A DNA stretch of 64,000 bases from Candidatus Dormiibacterota bacterium (GTDB lineage Bacteria > Chloroflexota > Dormibacteria > Aeolococcales > Aeolococcaceae), in contig OY970355.1 of NCBI GenBank assembly GCA_963718525.1, positions 3,040,001 to 3,104,000 of the forward strand, given 5' to 3'. The notes below the pieces were generated by a model. That model searched no databases and was not told the origin of the DNA. It saw only the letters and a list, made by a program, of their open reading frames with translations. A program made the translations under genes and the position numbers. Of this stretch, positions 37,191 to 46,175 are shown piece by piece (the stretch's first letter is position 1; every line of letters starts with the position of its first letter).

Positions 37191-37908
37191 TCGGGATCCC
37201 CCGCAGGTCCGCCTCCGAGACACCGATCGGCGGGTGCAGCATGCACTCCTTGTCCGAGTCCCCTTCCCACCACCAGCGCCCGGCTCGCTCGTTGTCCCCC
37301 TCCCCAGTGGGACGCGTGCACGGCGCGCACCCGATCGACGTGTAGCCGCGGTCGTACAGCGGATGGTGGTCGATCCCCTGCGCAGCGAGGTAGTCCCAGA
37401 CCTCGGCGCGCGACCATCCCGCCAGCGGCACCACTTTGGCGATGCCACCGTGGCCGGAATCGGCCGCCACGATCGGTGTTTCCGCCCGCGTCGGGGTTTG
37501 CTCGCGACGAAGGCCTGTGATCCACGCGTCGTAGTCCACCAGGGCGCGAGCAAGTGGGTTGACCTTGCGCACGGCGCAGCATTCGTTACGCAGGGCCACC
37601 GAACGCCTGAACTGCATCGACCCGTGTTCCCCCATCATCGCATCGAGCTCGCCGGAGTCCGGGGAAAGGATGCGGAGGCGAATCGGGTATCGCCGCCTCA
37701 CCTGTTCGATGAACTCGTGGGTCTCCTCATGCAGCCTGCCGGTGTCCAGCGTGAGCACCTCCGGCTCCGGCACGATCGCGCACGCCATGTCGATCAGCAC
37801 CATGGACTCGGCCTGGAAGCTCGCGACCAGCGCAACGCGGCGGAACCGCTGGTACGTCCAGGCGAGCACCTCCTGTGCCCCGGCTCGGGCGGGCTCGGTG
37901 ACCGTCAC
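37147..37908 (-). CDS. cysH: (Phospho)adenylyl-sulfate reductase, Fe-S (APS reductase) type
   Basis: LDTGRLHEET, ECCAVRKVNPL, WITGLRREQ, GYTSIGCAPCT, ERAGRWWWE, KECMLH. Confidence 0.92.
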   Translation of the reverse strand: MTVTEPARAGAQEVLAWTYQRFRRVALVASFQAESMVLIDMACAIVPEPEVLTLDTGRLHEETHEFIEQVRRRYPIRLRILSPDSGELDAMMGEHGSMQFRRSVALRNECCAVRKVNPLARALVDYDAWITGLRREQTPTRAETPIVAADSGHGGIAKVVPLAGWSRAEVWDYLAAQGIDHHPLYDRGYTSIGCAPCTRPTGEGDNERAGRWWWEGDSDKECMLHPPIGVSEADLRGIPISAPRAAASSASQP

Positions 37909-38053
37909 TTGCTCGCCCTGACCGGTGCGTGCGCCGCGATATGAGGGATCGCAATCACGGCGCACATGATCGGGCACTCACCCCATCTGCGACCGGAATA
38001 CCGAGAATCCCAACGATCGCGATCTCAGGCTCGGCCTCCGTCGACGTCCACAG

Positions 38054-38602
38054 GTGCCACGAGTTCAGGCTAGCGAGGTGTCCGACCTCGCGGCGCGACG
38101 CTCCTTCGGGTACGCGTCAACGCCCCTGGGGCGGGTGCTTCTGGTCACGGCCGGCCATGACCTGCTCGGGCTCTTCTTCGACGGCCATGCGCGCTCCCCG
38201 AGCGCCCCCGAAGCCGGGACGGCGCCCCGGGAGACCCTCGACATGGTCCGAATACAGCTCGACGAATACTTCCAAGGGCGCCGAACCCGTTTCGACCTGC
38301 GGCTCCGGTTGGAGGGCACGCCCTTTCAGCTCGCGGTGTGGTCAGCGCTGCTCGACATCCCGTACGGAACGAAATCGACCTACTCGGACGTTGCCACGCA
38401 GATCGGACGTCCACGAGCTGCGCGCGCGGTGGGTGCTGCCAACGGCCGGAACCCCATCTCCATCATCGTCCCCTGCCACCGTCTCGTCGGAGCAGACGGC
38501 GGGCTGACCGGCTACGGAGGAGGAATCGATCGCAAGCGGAGCCTCCTGGAGCTCGAGGGTGCCCTGCGCCGGTCGAGTTCCGACCGGTGGCCAGCCGGTT
38601 AG
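38054..38602 (+). CDS. ogt: Methylated-DNA--protein-cysteine methyltransferase
   Basis: GTPFQLAVW, IPYG, RAVGAANGRNP, active-site PCHR. Confidence 0.95.
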   Translation: MPRVQASEVSDLAARRSFGYASTPLGRVLLVTAGHDLLGLFFDGHARSPSAPEAGTAPRETLDMVRIQLDEYFQGRRTRFDLRLRLEGTPFQLAVWSALLDIPYGTKSTYSDVATQIGRPRAARAVGAANGRNPISIIVPCHRLVGADGGLTGYGGGIDRKRSLLELEGALRRSSSDRWPAG

Positions 38603-39621
38603 GAAGTGGACAGGGGAAGTGTGACCGCGTCTCGGAGGACAGCGCGCCCGTGTGCAGCCCCGTTGGTGCCGTTCCTCATGAGGGCGTGAGCCGGCTCGTG
38701 GCTGCCATTGCTGCCGTTGGACCCGTTGGCGGTTCCGTGACAGTTGCCGAAGAACGCCTTGAGCACCTCGAGCTGACGATGCACGGCAGCTTCGTTCCAG
38801 CCATGCCCCTGGTCGCTGTCGGTGAACACGTGGAGATCGGGCAGCGTTGCGATGAGGCCCTTGAGGCGGTCGACGTCCACCAATCGATCGTGCCGGGCGA
38901 CGATGATGAGGGTTCGATCAGCTCGAGCGGCCACCACCGCGACGTCGTCCCGGCGAAGGCAGTCGTTGAGCCACTCCCGGGCAGCGCGTGGGTCGGCTCG
39001 ACGCTGGTTGTCGTAGTTGATATCGGCGGTACGGTCGTCGACATCGCCCTCCACGATGACGAAGCGCTTGTACAGGTCGCTGATCCAGCGCTGACGGCTC
39101 AACCAGACGACGCCGTCCCACATCGGGCGCCGGCTCAGCAGCCGCACCTGGTCTCGATAGCGGCGTCGCATGAGGTCCGGCGAGAGCAGCGGCGTGTGCA
39201 GCACCAGCCGTTCGGCGCGGCGACCAGCTCGCTTCGCAAGCGCGCACGCAACCGTGGCTCCGAGGCAGAGACCGCCCACGTCGAACCGGTCGATGTCGAG
39301 CTCGGTGAGGAGGTCGAAGATCAGGTCCGCCATCGCTCCCGACGAGTGACGTCCGGCGAGCGGCGGCGAGTCGCCGTTGCCGGGAAGATCGGGAATGATC
39401 AGGGTTCGATGCGCGCCGAGCTCACTGAACCTTCCGCCGAACTCTTCGGCCGAGCTGAGGAATCCGTGGCACAACACCAGCGGTTTGCCCCGTCCACCGA
39501 CGAGGTAGCGAAGCCGCTGGCCGCGGATCGTCGTGAACCGCTCCTCCATCATCGGCGGATCGATGGTGCGTTCCGACGAAACCCCGGCGGCCAGGTGCGC
39601 GTCAAGCTGGGCGCCTTGCAT
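38599..39621 (-). CDS. Alpha/beta hydrolase with Cys at the nucleophile elbow
   Basis: LVLCHGF, PDLPGNGDS, GLCLG, ARHD, GHGW. Start may be ATG 39552. Confidence 0.85.
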   Translation of the reverse strand: MQGAQLDAHLAAGVSSERTIDPPMMEERFTTIRGQRLRYLVGGRGKPLVLCHGFLSSAEEFGGRFSELGAHRTLIIPDLPGNGDSPPLAGRHSSGAMADLIFDLLTELDIDRFDVGGLCLGATVACALAKRAGRRAERLVLHTPLLSPDLMRRRYRDQVRLLSRRPMWDGVVWLSRQRWISDLYKRFVIVEGDVDDRTADINYDNQRRADPRAAREWLNDCLRRDDVAVVAARADRTLIIVARHDRLVDVDRLKGLIATLPDLHVFTDSDQGHGWNEAAVHRQLEVLKAFFGNCHGTANGSNGSNGSHEPAHALMRNGTNGAAHGRAVLRDAVTLPLSTS

Positions 39622-39691
39622 CAATAGCGTCATTAAAGCCATACCTCGGGTCGTTGCGGCGGTCCGGTGGCGTACAGAGGAGGATCTGAAG

Positions 39692-40561
39692 CTGATCGAC
39701 GTCGCTCTGGCAACCTGCTCGCTGCTCCCCGACCTCGACGCTGACGAGCGCCTGCTGATCCCCGCGCTGGAGGCACACGGCGTCACTGCCGTGCCTCGCG
39801 TCTGGGACGACCCGTCGGTCCGATGGGACGATTTCCGGCTGATCGTGATTCGCTCCGCGTGGGATTACGCCCCGCGACGCGACGCCTTTCTTGCGTGGTG
39901 TTCCAGTCTTCCGCGCGTCCTCAACTCCGTCCCGGTGATCACCTGGAATACGGACAAATCGTACCTGCGCACTCTCGCCACCGCGGGGGTCCCGACGGTT
40001 CCCACCACCTGGGTCGGCGCCGATTCAGCCACCGCGAGCTTTCGTCTTCCCGAGGGTCAGCTGGTGATCAAGCCCGCGATCTCGTCGGGTGCGCAGCACA
40101 CCTCTCGCTATCCTTCGGACGACCATGCGGCGGCTCGGATGCACATCGATCGCCTGGTGATGAGCGGTCGTGAAGTGATGGTCCAGCCATACGTTTCCTC
40201 GATCAACTCCCACGGCGAAACTGGCCTCATCTACATCGATGGCGTCTTCTCGCACGCAATTCGCAAAGGCCCGCTGCTCCATGCACCAGGCGCCGCAACC
40301 GATCACCTCTGGGCTCTCGAGGACATCACGCCCCGCGTCGCGGATGCGGACGAGCTGGCCCTCGCGAAGCGCGTCCTGGATGAGCTGCCCTGGCCACGAA
40401 GGGAGTTGTTGTACGCCCGCGTCGACCTGGTTCGCGGCAGCGACGGCGCACCGCTGGTGCTCGAGCTCGAGCTCGCGGAGCCGTCGTTGTTTCTAGGGCT
40501 TGGCTCCGGCGCCGCCTCGCGGCTCGCGGCGGCGATCGCCGTTCGCCTCGGGCAGGACTGA
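39692..40561 (+). CDS. ATP-grasp (RimK/glutathione synthetase-like) ligase
   Basis: VIRSAWDY, WNTDKSYL, VIKPAISSGA, VMVQPY, YARVDL, LELELAEPSLF. Probable CTG start after GAGGAGG. Confidence 0.88.
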   Translation: MIDVALATCSLLPDLDADERLLIPALEAHGVTAVPRVWDDPSVRWDDFRLIVIRSAWDYAPRRDAFLAWCSSLPRVLNSVPVITWNTDKSYLRTLATAGVPTVPTTWVGADSATASFRLPEGQLVIKPAISSGAQHTSRYPSDDHAAARMHIDRLVMSGREVMVQPYVSSINSHGETGLIYIDGVFSHAIRKGPLLHAPGAATDHLWALEDITPRVADADELALAKRVLDELPWPRRELLYARVDLVRGSDGAPLVLELELAEPSLFLGLGSGAASRLAAAIAVRLGQD

Positions 40562-40696
40562 CAGCGTCGTCGGGCTGATCTTCTCGCGAGTGGCACGCTC
40601 GGTCCGGTTGGTGATGATCAGGCGGGTCACCAGCGCACTGAAGGTCTCGTCGGGTCCGAGTGGTTGCTGACGCGACTTCGACAAGCGACCGCTCAT
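40493..40696 (-). CDS. Possible small protein translationally coupled to the upstream GGDEF-EAL gene
   Basis: ATGA overlap with the upstream stop and fills the gap, but its 3' end overlaps the convergent gene by 69 nt. Confidence 0.3.
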   Translation of the reverse strand: MSGRLSKSRQQPLGPDETFSALVTRLIITNRTERATREKISPTTLSVLPEANGDRRREPRGGAGAKP

Positions 40697-43473
40697 GACG
40701 CCCTCCCCGTCGACGCCTGGTCGGAGGGCCTCACCATTCGAGGGGTCTTCCCATCGCCCGCGCGCTCCGAACGTTCCGCGGGGATCCCGGTGATCTCACG
40801 CGCGTTGCGGGTTTCGGGGTCCCGCGCGCTCCCGGCCAAGCGGATGCGCGCCTGCCCGTTGCGCGGGCGGAGCGGACGCAGGGTGTCGCGCGCAGTCCAG
40901 GCAGCGGCGGCATCGACGAGCTCCGCCGCGACGGTTGGGCGGCCGAGGCCGAAACCCTGTCCGAGCGGTATATCCAGCGAGCGGATCTGGTCGCTCACCA
41001 GTTCGTTCTCGACGCCTTCGGCGATGACAATCGAGTCGTGGACACGGGCGAAGCTCAGCGCGCCTTTGATCGCGTTTCGAGCGCTTCGCCTCACCGAGTT
41101 CATCGTCAGGCTGCGCGCCAGCTTGACGAACTCGGGCTCCGCGGTCTCGAGAAGCTCGGTTGTGGCGAAACCCTCGCCGAGGTCGTCGATCGCAAAACGG
41201 ACGCCTGCCTGGCGATATGAGGTGAGCACCAGACGGAGGCGATCGAGGTCGCGGACACTCTCGTGCTCCCCGATCTCGAGGATGAGGCGATGCGGAGAGC
41301 GTCCCGTCCACTCCAGCAGGAGGAGGAGTTGATCAACGTCGTGGAGCGGGTCAAGAAGGGCGGCGAGGCTCACATTGATGAACAGAAGGATTCCGTCCGG
41401 GAGCGATGCGGCCTGGCTCAGCGCGGCACGGCGGCACAGCCAGTCGAGATCGCGGATGTGCCCGGACCGATGGGCCACCTCGAATAATGTCTCGACGCTG
41501 TCTGACGCGCCAAATCCCTCTGGGCGCGCCAGCGCCTCGTAGCCCACGACGTGCCCGTCGTTGAGATCCACGATCGGCTGGTACACCGCGTGGATCGGCA
41601 TCCCGTTCACCAGGGAACCGATCAGCTCGGTGACCGAGGAACCGGACGGGGTCACCTGCTCCGCACCGTCGACGTGCCGTCCGACGACGCGGTCGCGACC
41701 ACTCCGCTTGGCCTCGTAGAGGCACTCGTCAGCCCGACGCCACGCCGACATGGGGTCGGTTCCGGCCGGCGCCGACGCCCAGCCGAGGCTGATGTTCGAC
41801 CGGCCTCCGGGGGTGGGCACGAGATGCATCGCCGCTCGGAGCCGCTGTGCCGCTGACGCCGCCTCGGCGGGGTCGACGTCGAGAAGGATGGCGGCAAACT
41901 CGTCACCGCCCACCCGCGCGATGACGTCCCACCCGCGGAGCATCAGTGCGAGCGTCGTGGCCACCGTGCGCAGCACCGTGTCGCCAGCCTCGTGACCGAA
42001 CTCGTCGTTCACCCTCTTGAGGTGGTCGACGTCGATGGCGAGGACCGCGAAGGGCTGCCGGGGAATGGTTCCAAGGATCCGGTCGAATTCGCGACGGTTC
42101 TTCAACCCCGTGAGCCGATCCGTGCTGGCAAGCTCCGCCATACGGAGCGCCTCCGCGCGCAGCGCACCCTGGGCCCGAATCCGAGTGATGACGTGTGCTG
42201 CTTCGACGCCGATCTCGCTGATCGTTTCCACAGTCAGCGTTTCGACACTCGGCAGCGTCTCGAAGAAGTAGGCCAGCACGCCGACTGTTGCGGACCCCGT
42301 GGCGATCGGGCATGCAATCGCCGAGCGCACACCGAGCGAAGACGCAGCCGCGACCTGCGGCGACATCCCGAGTTCGTCGAGGTCCGGCACGACCACGAGC
42401 CTTCCAGTGGTACGCACCCGTGCAATCAGCGCTTGGAGAGGACCCGACGCACCGTCCGACGCGATATCGAGAGCATCGACGGTTGCCCGCGGAAAGGCGT
42501 GGCGTGACGTCGAGTCGAAACGACCCTGCTCCTGGTGCGGCACGAACATCTCGCTGAACGTAGCGCCGAGACTGCGTGCGGTGAGCTCGAGGATCGTCTC
42601 GGCCGCCGTGTCGACGTCCGAACAATCGGTGAGAGCCTGGACGAGGGCGAATTGCAGATCCCGGCGTCGCTGCCCCGCCTGCTCCGTGAGGTCGCGCGTC
42701 ACGGAGAAGAATCCGCGGAGCTCGCCATTGTCGCCATGCATGGCAGTAATCGAGACGCTCGCCCAGAATCGTGTTCCGTCCTTGCGTACCTGCCACGTCT
42801 CGTGGGGCCGCTCGGTCTCGATTACGTCGCCGCTGCCAGCAGCACCACTGACCGGCCATCCAGGCGGATAGAGGAGCGAATAATGCCGCCCGATCATCTT
42901 GCCGGCCTTGTACCCAAAGATCCGCTCTGCGCCCGTGTTCCAGCTGAGCACGAGACCCGCGGGATCCACGGTCATCAGCGCCTCGTCAAAGACGCCGTCC
43001 ACCAGTGCGCGCAGACTCATCTCGCTGCGGCGGAGCCCCTGCTCTGACTGGTCTCGCTCGGTGACGTCCCGGAGTGTGACGAGGAGCCGGCCCCCGTGTC
43101 TGCTGACGCGAACGTCGCGTATTTGCTCGATCGATTCGCCGGCACGGCTCACGTGAAATCGCACACCGTCGATCGCGCGCGGATCGTCAGTCGCGAGCAC
43201 ATCACGAAGTGCGGCGACCAGCCCAGTCGATGTCGCGGCATCGAGCCGGAAGACTTCGGATCCGATCAGCGCTCCCGGGCGAAGAGGGTCAGCGCGATCA
43301 TCAGCGAGAGCGGTTGCCGCTGCGTTTGCATAGTCCACCCGAAAGTCCGTGACGGCGCCACGACGACCGAGCACCGGCGAGACGATGAAGACGGCATCGG
43401 CCATCGCCTCGAGCCAGAATTGATCGCCAGGGTCGAGTACCCCCGGTTCCGGGACACTGCGTTCTGCAGTCAC
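40693..43473 (-). CDS. PAS-PAS-GAF-GGDEF-EAL c-di-GMP enzyme
   Basis: SWNTGAERIFGY, RKDGTRFW, TDRLTGLKNRR, RGWD I-site + GGDEF, YQPIV, YEALAR, IDDLGEG, AEGVE. Confidence 0.93.
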   Translation of the reverse strand: MTAERSVPEPGVLDPGDQFWLEAMADAVFIVSPVLGRRGAVTDFRVDYANAAATALADDRADPLRPGALIGSEVFRLDAATSTGLVAALRDVLATDDPRAIDGVRFHVSRAGESIEQIRDVRVSRHGGRLLVTLRDVTERDQSEQGLRRSEMSLRALVDGVFDEALMTVDPAGLVLSWNTGAERIFGYKAGKMIGRHYSLLYPPGWPVSGAAGSGDVIETERPHETWQVRKDGTRFWASVSITAMHGDNGELRGFFSVTRDLTEQAGQRRRDLQFALVQALTDCSDVDTAAETILELTARSLGATFSEMFVPHQEQGRFDSTSRHAFPRATVDALDIASDGASGPLQALIARVRTTGRLVVVPDLDELGMSPQVAAASSLGVRSAIACPIATGSATVGVLAYFFETLPSVETLTVETISEIGVEAAHVITRIRAQGALRAEALRMAELASTDRLTGLKNRREFDRILGTIPRQPFAVLAIDVDHLKRVNDEFGHEAGDTVLRTVATTLALMLRGWDVIARVGGDEFAAILLDVDPAEAASAAQRLRAAMHLVPTPGGRSNISLGWASAPAGTDPMSAWRRADECLYEAKRSGRDRVVGRHVDGAEQVTPSGSSVTELIGSLVNGMPIHAVYQPIVDLNDGHVVGYEALARPEGFGASDSVETLFEVAHRSGHIRDLDWLCRRAALSQAASLPDGILLFINVSLAALLDPLHDVDQLLLLLEWTGRSPHRLILEIGEHESVRDLDRLRLVLTSYRQAGVRFAIDDLGEGFATTELLETAEPEFVKLARSLTMNSVRRSARNAIKGALSFARVHDSIVIAEGVENELVSDQIRSLDIPLGQGFGLGRPTVAAELVDAAAAWTARDTLRPLRPRNGQARIRLAGSARDPETRNAREITGIPAERSERAGDGKTPRMVRPSDQASTGRAS

Positions 43474-43607
43474 GCGCCAGCCTCTCCTTTGATCGCAGCG
43501 AACTGCGCGCCCGTTGTCGTCCCTTCTGGTGCCGCATAATCTGAGACACGCCAACCAGAACGTCTGTCCCGCAGCGCACATAGGTCGATGTCACCACGAG
43601 TGGAGGC

Positions 43608-44375
43608 ATGAGCCACGACGCGGCCGGCAACGCCACATCGTCGAGTGAGAACAGGATTCTCACCGCGCTCCCCGAACCCGAGCGACAGGAGTTGTTCGGT
43701 CTTGTGAGAAACGTCAGCCTCCCCGTCAGAACGGTGCTGTTTGAACCTGGGGCACCTATCGAGGCTCTGTACTTCCCCACCGACGGCGTCGTGTCCCTTG
43801 TCACCCCGCTGCACGACGGCGCGATTGTCGAGGTGGCAACCATCGGCAATGAGGGGATCGTCGGCGTGCCCCTGGTGCCGCTCGGCGCCCTGGCGGTGCG
43901 GGCCATCTCCCAGGTCGCCGGTCACAGCCTTCGTATGGAGGCGGCAGCCTTTCTCGCGCTGTCCGAGCGGAGCACCGTGTTCCAGTCGTTGGTGGCGAAA
44001 TACACGCAGGCGCTCTTTGGTCAGATCTCCCAGGCGGCCGCGTGCAACCGGCTCCATTCCAGCGAGGAGCGTCTCAGCCGCTGGCTGCTAATGAGCCATG
44101 ATCGCGTCGGTTCCGACCAATTCATGATCACCCAGGAATTTCTCGGCCAGATGCTGGGCGCTCGCCGATCGACGGTCTCCGTCTCGGCCGGCATCCTGCA
44201 GCGAGCGGGGCTCATTCGCTATGTCCGCGGCCACGTCACGATCGTCGACCGCGCCGGCCTCGAGGCGGTCTCATGCGAGTGCTACTGGGTTATCAAGACC
44301 GAGCTGGAGCGGGTGCTCGCGCCCGAACCGAAACCGGGGCTCACTGGCCGCGCTGACGCCCACCCGGCGTCGTGA
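43608..44375 (+). CDS. Crp/Fnr-family transcriptional regulator
   Basis: YFPTDGVVSL, IGNEGIVG, ACNRLHS.EERLSRWLL, HTH TQEFLGQMLGARRSTVS. Confidence 0.93.
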   Translation: MSHDAAGNATSSSENRILTALPEPERQELFGLVRNVSLPVRTVLFEPGAPIEALYFPTDGVVSLVTPLHDGAIVEVATIGNEGIVGVPLVPLGALAVRAISQVAGHSLRMEAAAFLALSERSTVFQSLVAKYTQALFGQISQAAACNRLHSSEERLSRWLLMSHDRVGSDQFMITQEFLGQMLGARRSTVSVSAGILQRAGLIRYVRGHVTIVDRAGLEAVSCECYWVIKTELERVLAPEPKPGLTGRADAHPAS

Positions 44376-45295
44376 CCGCGTCTCTGGCCGGGCAGCAATA
44401 CGAGCTGGTGCATGACGACCAGCAAGCGGTGGTCGTCGAGGTCGGCGCCGGACTCCGCGAGTACCACACCGGGATCGGGGACATCGTTGACGGATATGGC
44501 GCTGACGAGGAATGCGACGGCAGCCGCGGTGAGCTGCTCCTCCCGTGGCCAAACCGCATCGCGGACGCCACCTATCGCTTCGAGGGCGAGGAATTACGAC
44601 TACCCGTGACCGAACCCCGGACCGGATGCGCCATCCACGGGCTGACCCGAGCCATGCCGTGGCGTCGCATCGACGCCTGGTCGCAGCAGGTCACGCTGGC
44701 GCTCGACCTGCCACCTCAGGATGGTTACCCGTTTCGACTCGGTCTGAGCGCGACGTACTCGCTCGGCGGCGACGGTCTCACCGTATGCGTGACCGCCACC
44801 AACCAGGGTGACCAACCATGCCCGTACGGGGCCGGAGCGCATCCCTACATCCGCCTCGCCGGCGACGGCCTCATCGACGATGCGTGGTTGCACATTCCAG
44901 CCGATGCCTTCCTGGAATCGGACGCTCGTGGCATCCCGACCGGGGCTGAACTTCCGGTGGAAGGCACCGCGTTCGATTTTCGCAACCCCCGGCGGCTCGG
45001 TTCGCTGGTGCTGGACACCGCATTCGCGCGCCTCCACGGCGACGATGACGGCACCACCAGGATCGCGCTCACGACACCCGGCGGACAGGACGGAGTCCTC
45101 GTGTGGATGGACGCAACCCACCGGTACGCGATGGTCTACACCGGCGACACGCTCGGCAACATGGCGCGACGCCGCCGGGGGCTGGCGGTCGAGCCGATGA
45201 CGTGTGCTCCCGACGCCTTCAACTCCGGGGCTGGGCTCATCGTGCTGCAACCCGGCGAGGAGCACAGCAGTAGTTGGGGAATTGCGCCGCTCTAG
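44372..45295 (+). CDS. Aldose 1-epimerase family protein
   Basis: LLPWPNRI, AIHG, YPF, GAHPY, AVEPMTCAPDAFNSG. Confidence 0.92.
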   Translation: MTASLAGQQYELVHDDQQAVVVEVGAGLREYHTGIGDIVDGYGADEECDGSRGELLLPWPNRIADATYRFEGEELRLPVTEPRTGCAIHGLTRAMPWRRIDAWSQQVTLALDLPPQDGYPFRLGLSATYSLGGDGLTVCVTATNQGDQPCPYGAGAHPYIRLAGDGLIDDAWLHIPADAFLESDARGIPTGAELPVEGTAFDFRNPRRLGSLVLDTAFARLHGDDDGTTRIALTTPGGQDGVLVWMDATHRYAMVYTGDTLGNMARRRRGLAVEPMTCAPDAFNSGAGLIVLQPGEEHSSSWGIAPL

Positions 45296-45333
45296 GTCGG
45301 GGTTGCGGACAATCGAGTCCGCATGGTCGACGG

Positions 45334-46149
45334 TTGACGATACGACGACGGCTCCTCCCAACTGGGTACACCAACCGCACCCACGTGCCGATGGTGCTGA
45401 ACCTCCACGGGTCGGAGTCGACCGCCGCGGAGCAGGAGGGATTCAGCGGTATGGATTCGCTCGCGGACGCAGACGGCTTCATCGTGGCCTACCCGCAGGC
45501 CGCGATCGTGGCGGGATCGGGATACGACTGGAACATTCCCGGGCAGCCGTTGTTCGGTGCCGCACCGGCTCCCGCGAGCGCGCCAGATGACGTCGCGTTT
45601 CTGACTCAGGTGATCCACACGCTCGAGGCGAGGCTCTGTGTCGACAGCACCCGCATTGACGTGACCGGCTTCTCGGGCGGAGCACGGATGGCCGGACAGC
45701 TCGGATGCGACATCTCCACCACCATCGCGGCCATCGCCCCGGTCAGCGGTCTGCGGCTTCCCTCGCCGTGCGACGCGACCCGTGCCGTGCCGGTGATCTC
45801 ATTTCATGGAACCGGCGACCCGATCGACCCCTATGCCGGTAACGGACAGGCGTATTGGACGTACAGCGTCCCGGTCGCGGCCTCGCGCTGGGCTGCACAC
45901 GACCAGTGCGCCACGTCGCTCGGCAGCATGCAGCCGGCGCCCGGCGTGAGCCTGACCGAGTACACCGACTGCGCCGACGGCGCCGTCGTGGCGCTGTACA
46001 CCCTCGCCGGTGAAGGGCACGAATGGCCCGGCGGTCCGCGTCTGCCGACCAGGGACACGCGAGTCCTCGGGCCGCAGTCCGACGCGATCAATGCGGATTC
46101 GACCATGTGGCAGTTCTTCGATGCGCATCCACTCGACGCCCAGACGTGA
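45334..46149 (+). CDS. PHB depolymerase / LpqC-like esterase, possibly 5'-truncated
   Basis: LNLHG, FIVAYPQ, DDVAFL, TGFSGGA, FHGTGDP, GHEWPG. No signal peptide; start uncertain. Confidence 0.8.
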   Translation: MTIRRRLLPTGYTNRTHVPMVLNLHGSESTAAEQEGFSGMDSLADADGFIVAYPQAAIVAGSGYDWNIPGQPLFGAAPAPASAPDDVAFLTQVIHTLEARLCVDSTRIDVTGFSGGARMAGQLGCDISTTIAAIAPVSGLRLPSPCDATRAVPVISFHGTGDPIDPYAGNGQAYWTYSVPVAASRWAAHDQCATSLGSMQPAPGVSLTEYTDCADGAVVALYTLAGEGHEWPGGPRLPTRDTRVLGPQSDAINADSTMWQFFDAHPLDAQT

Positions 46150-46175
46150 CCACAGTGGTGGTGGGTTCCCCGTCT

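Noticed and set aside
43149-43158. TCACGTGAAA as a parS site
   Set aside because: Only part of the 16-bp parS palindrome, and inside a CDS far from the ParB-like gene.
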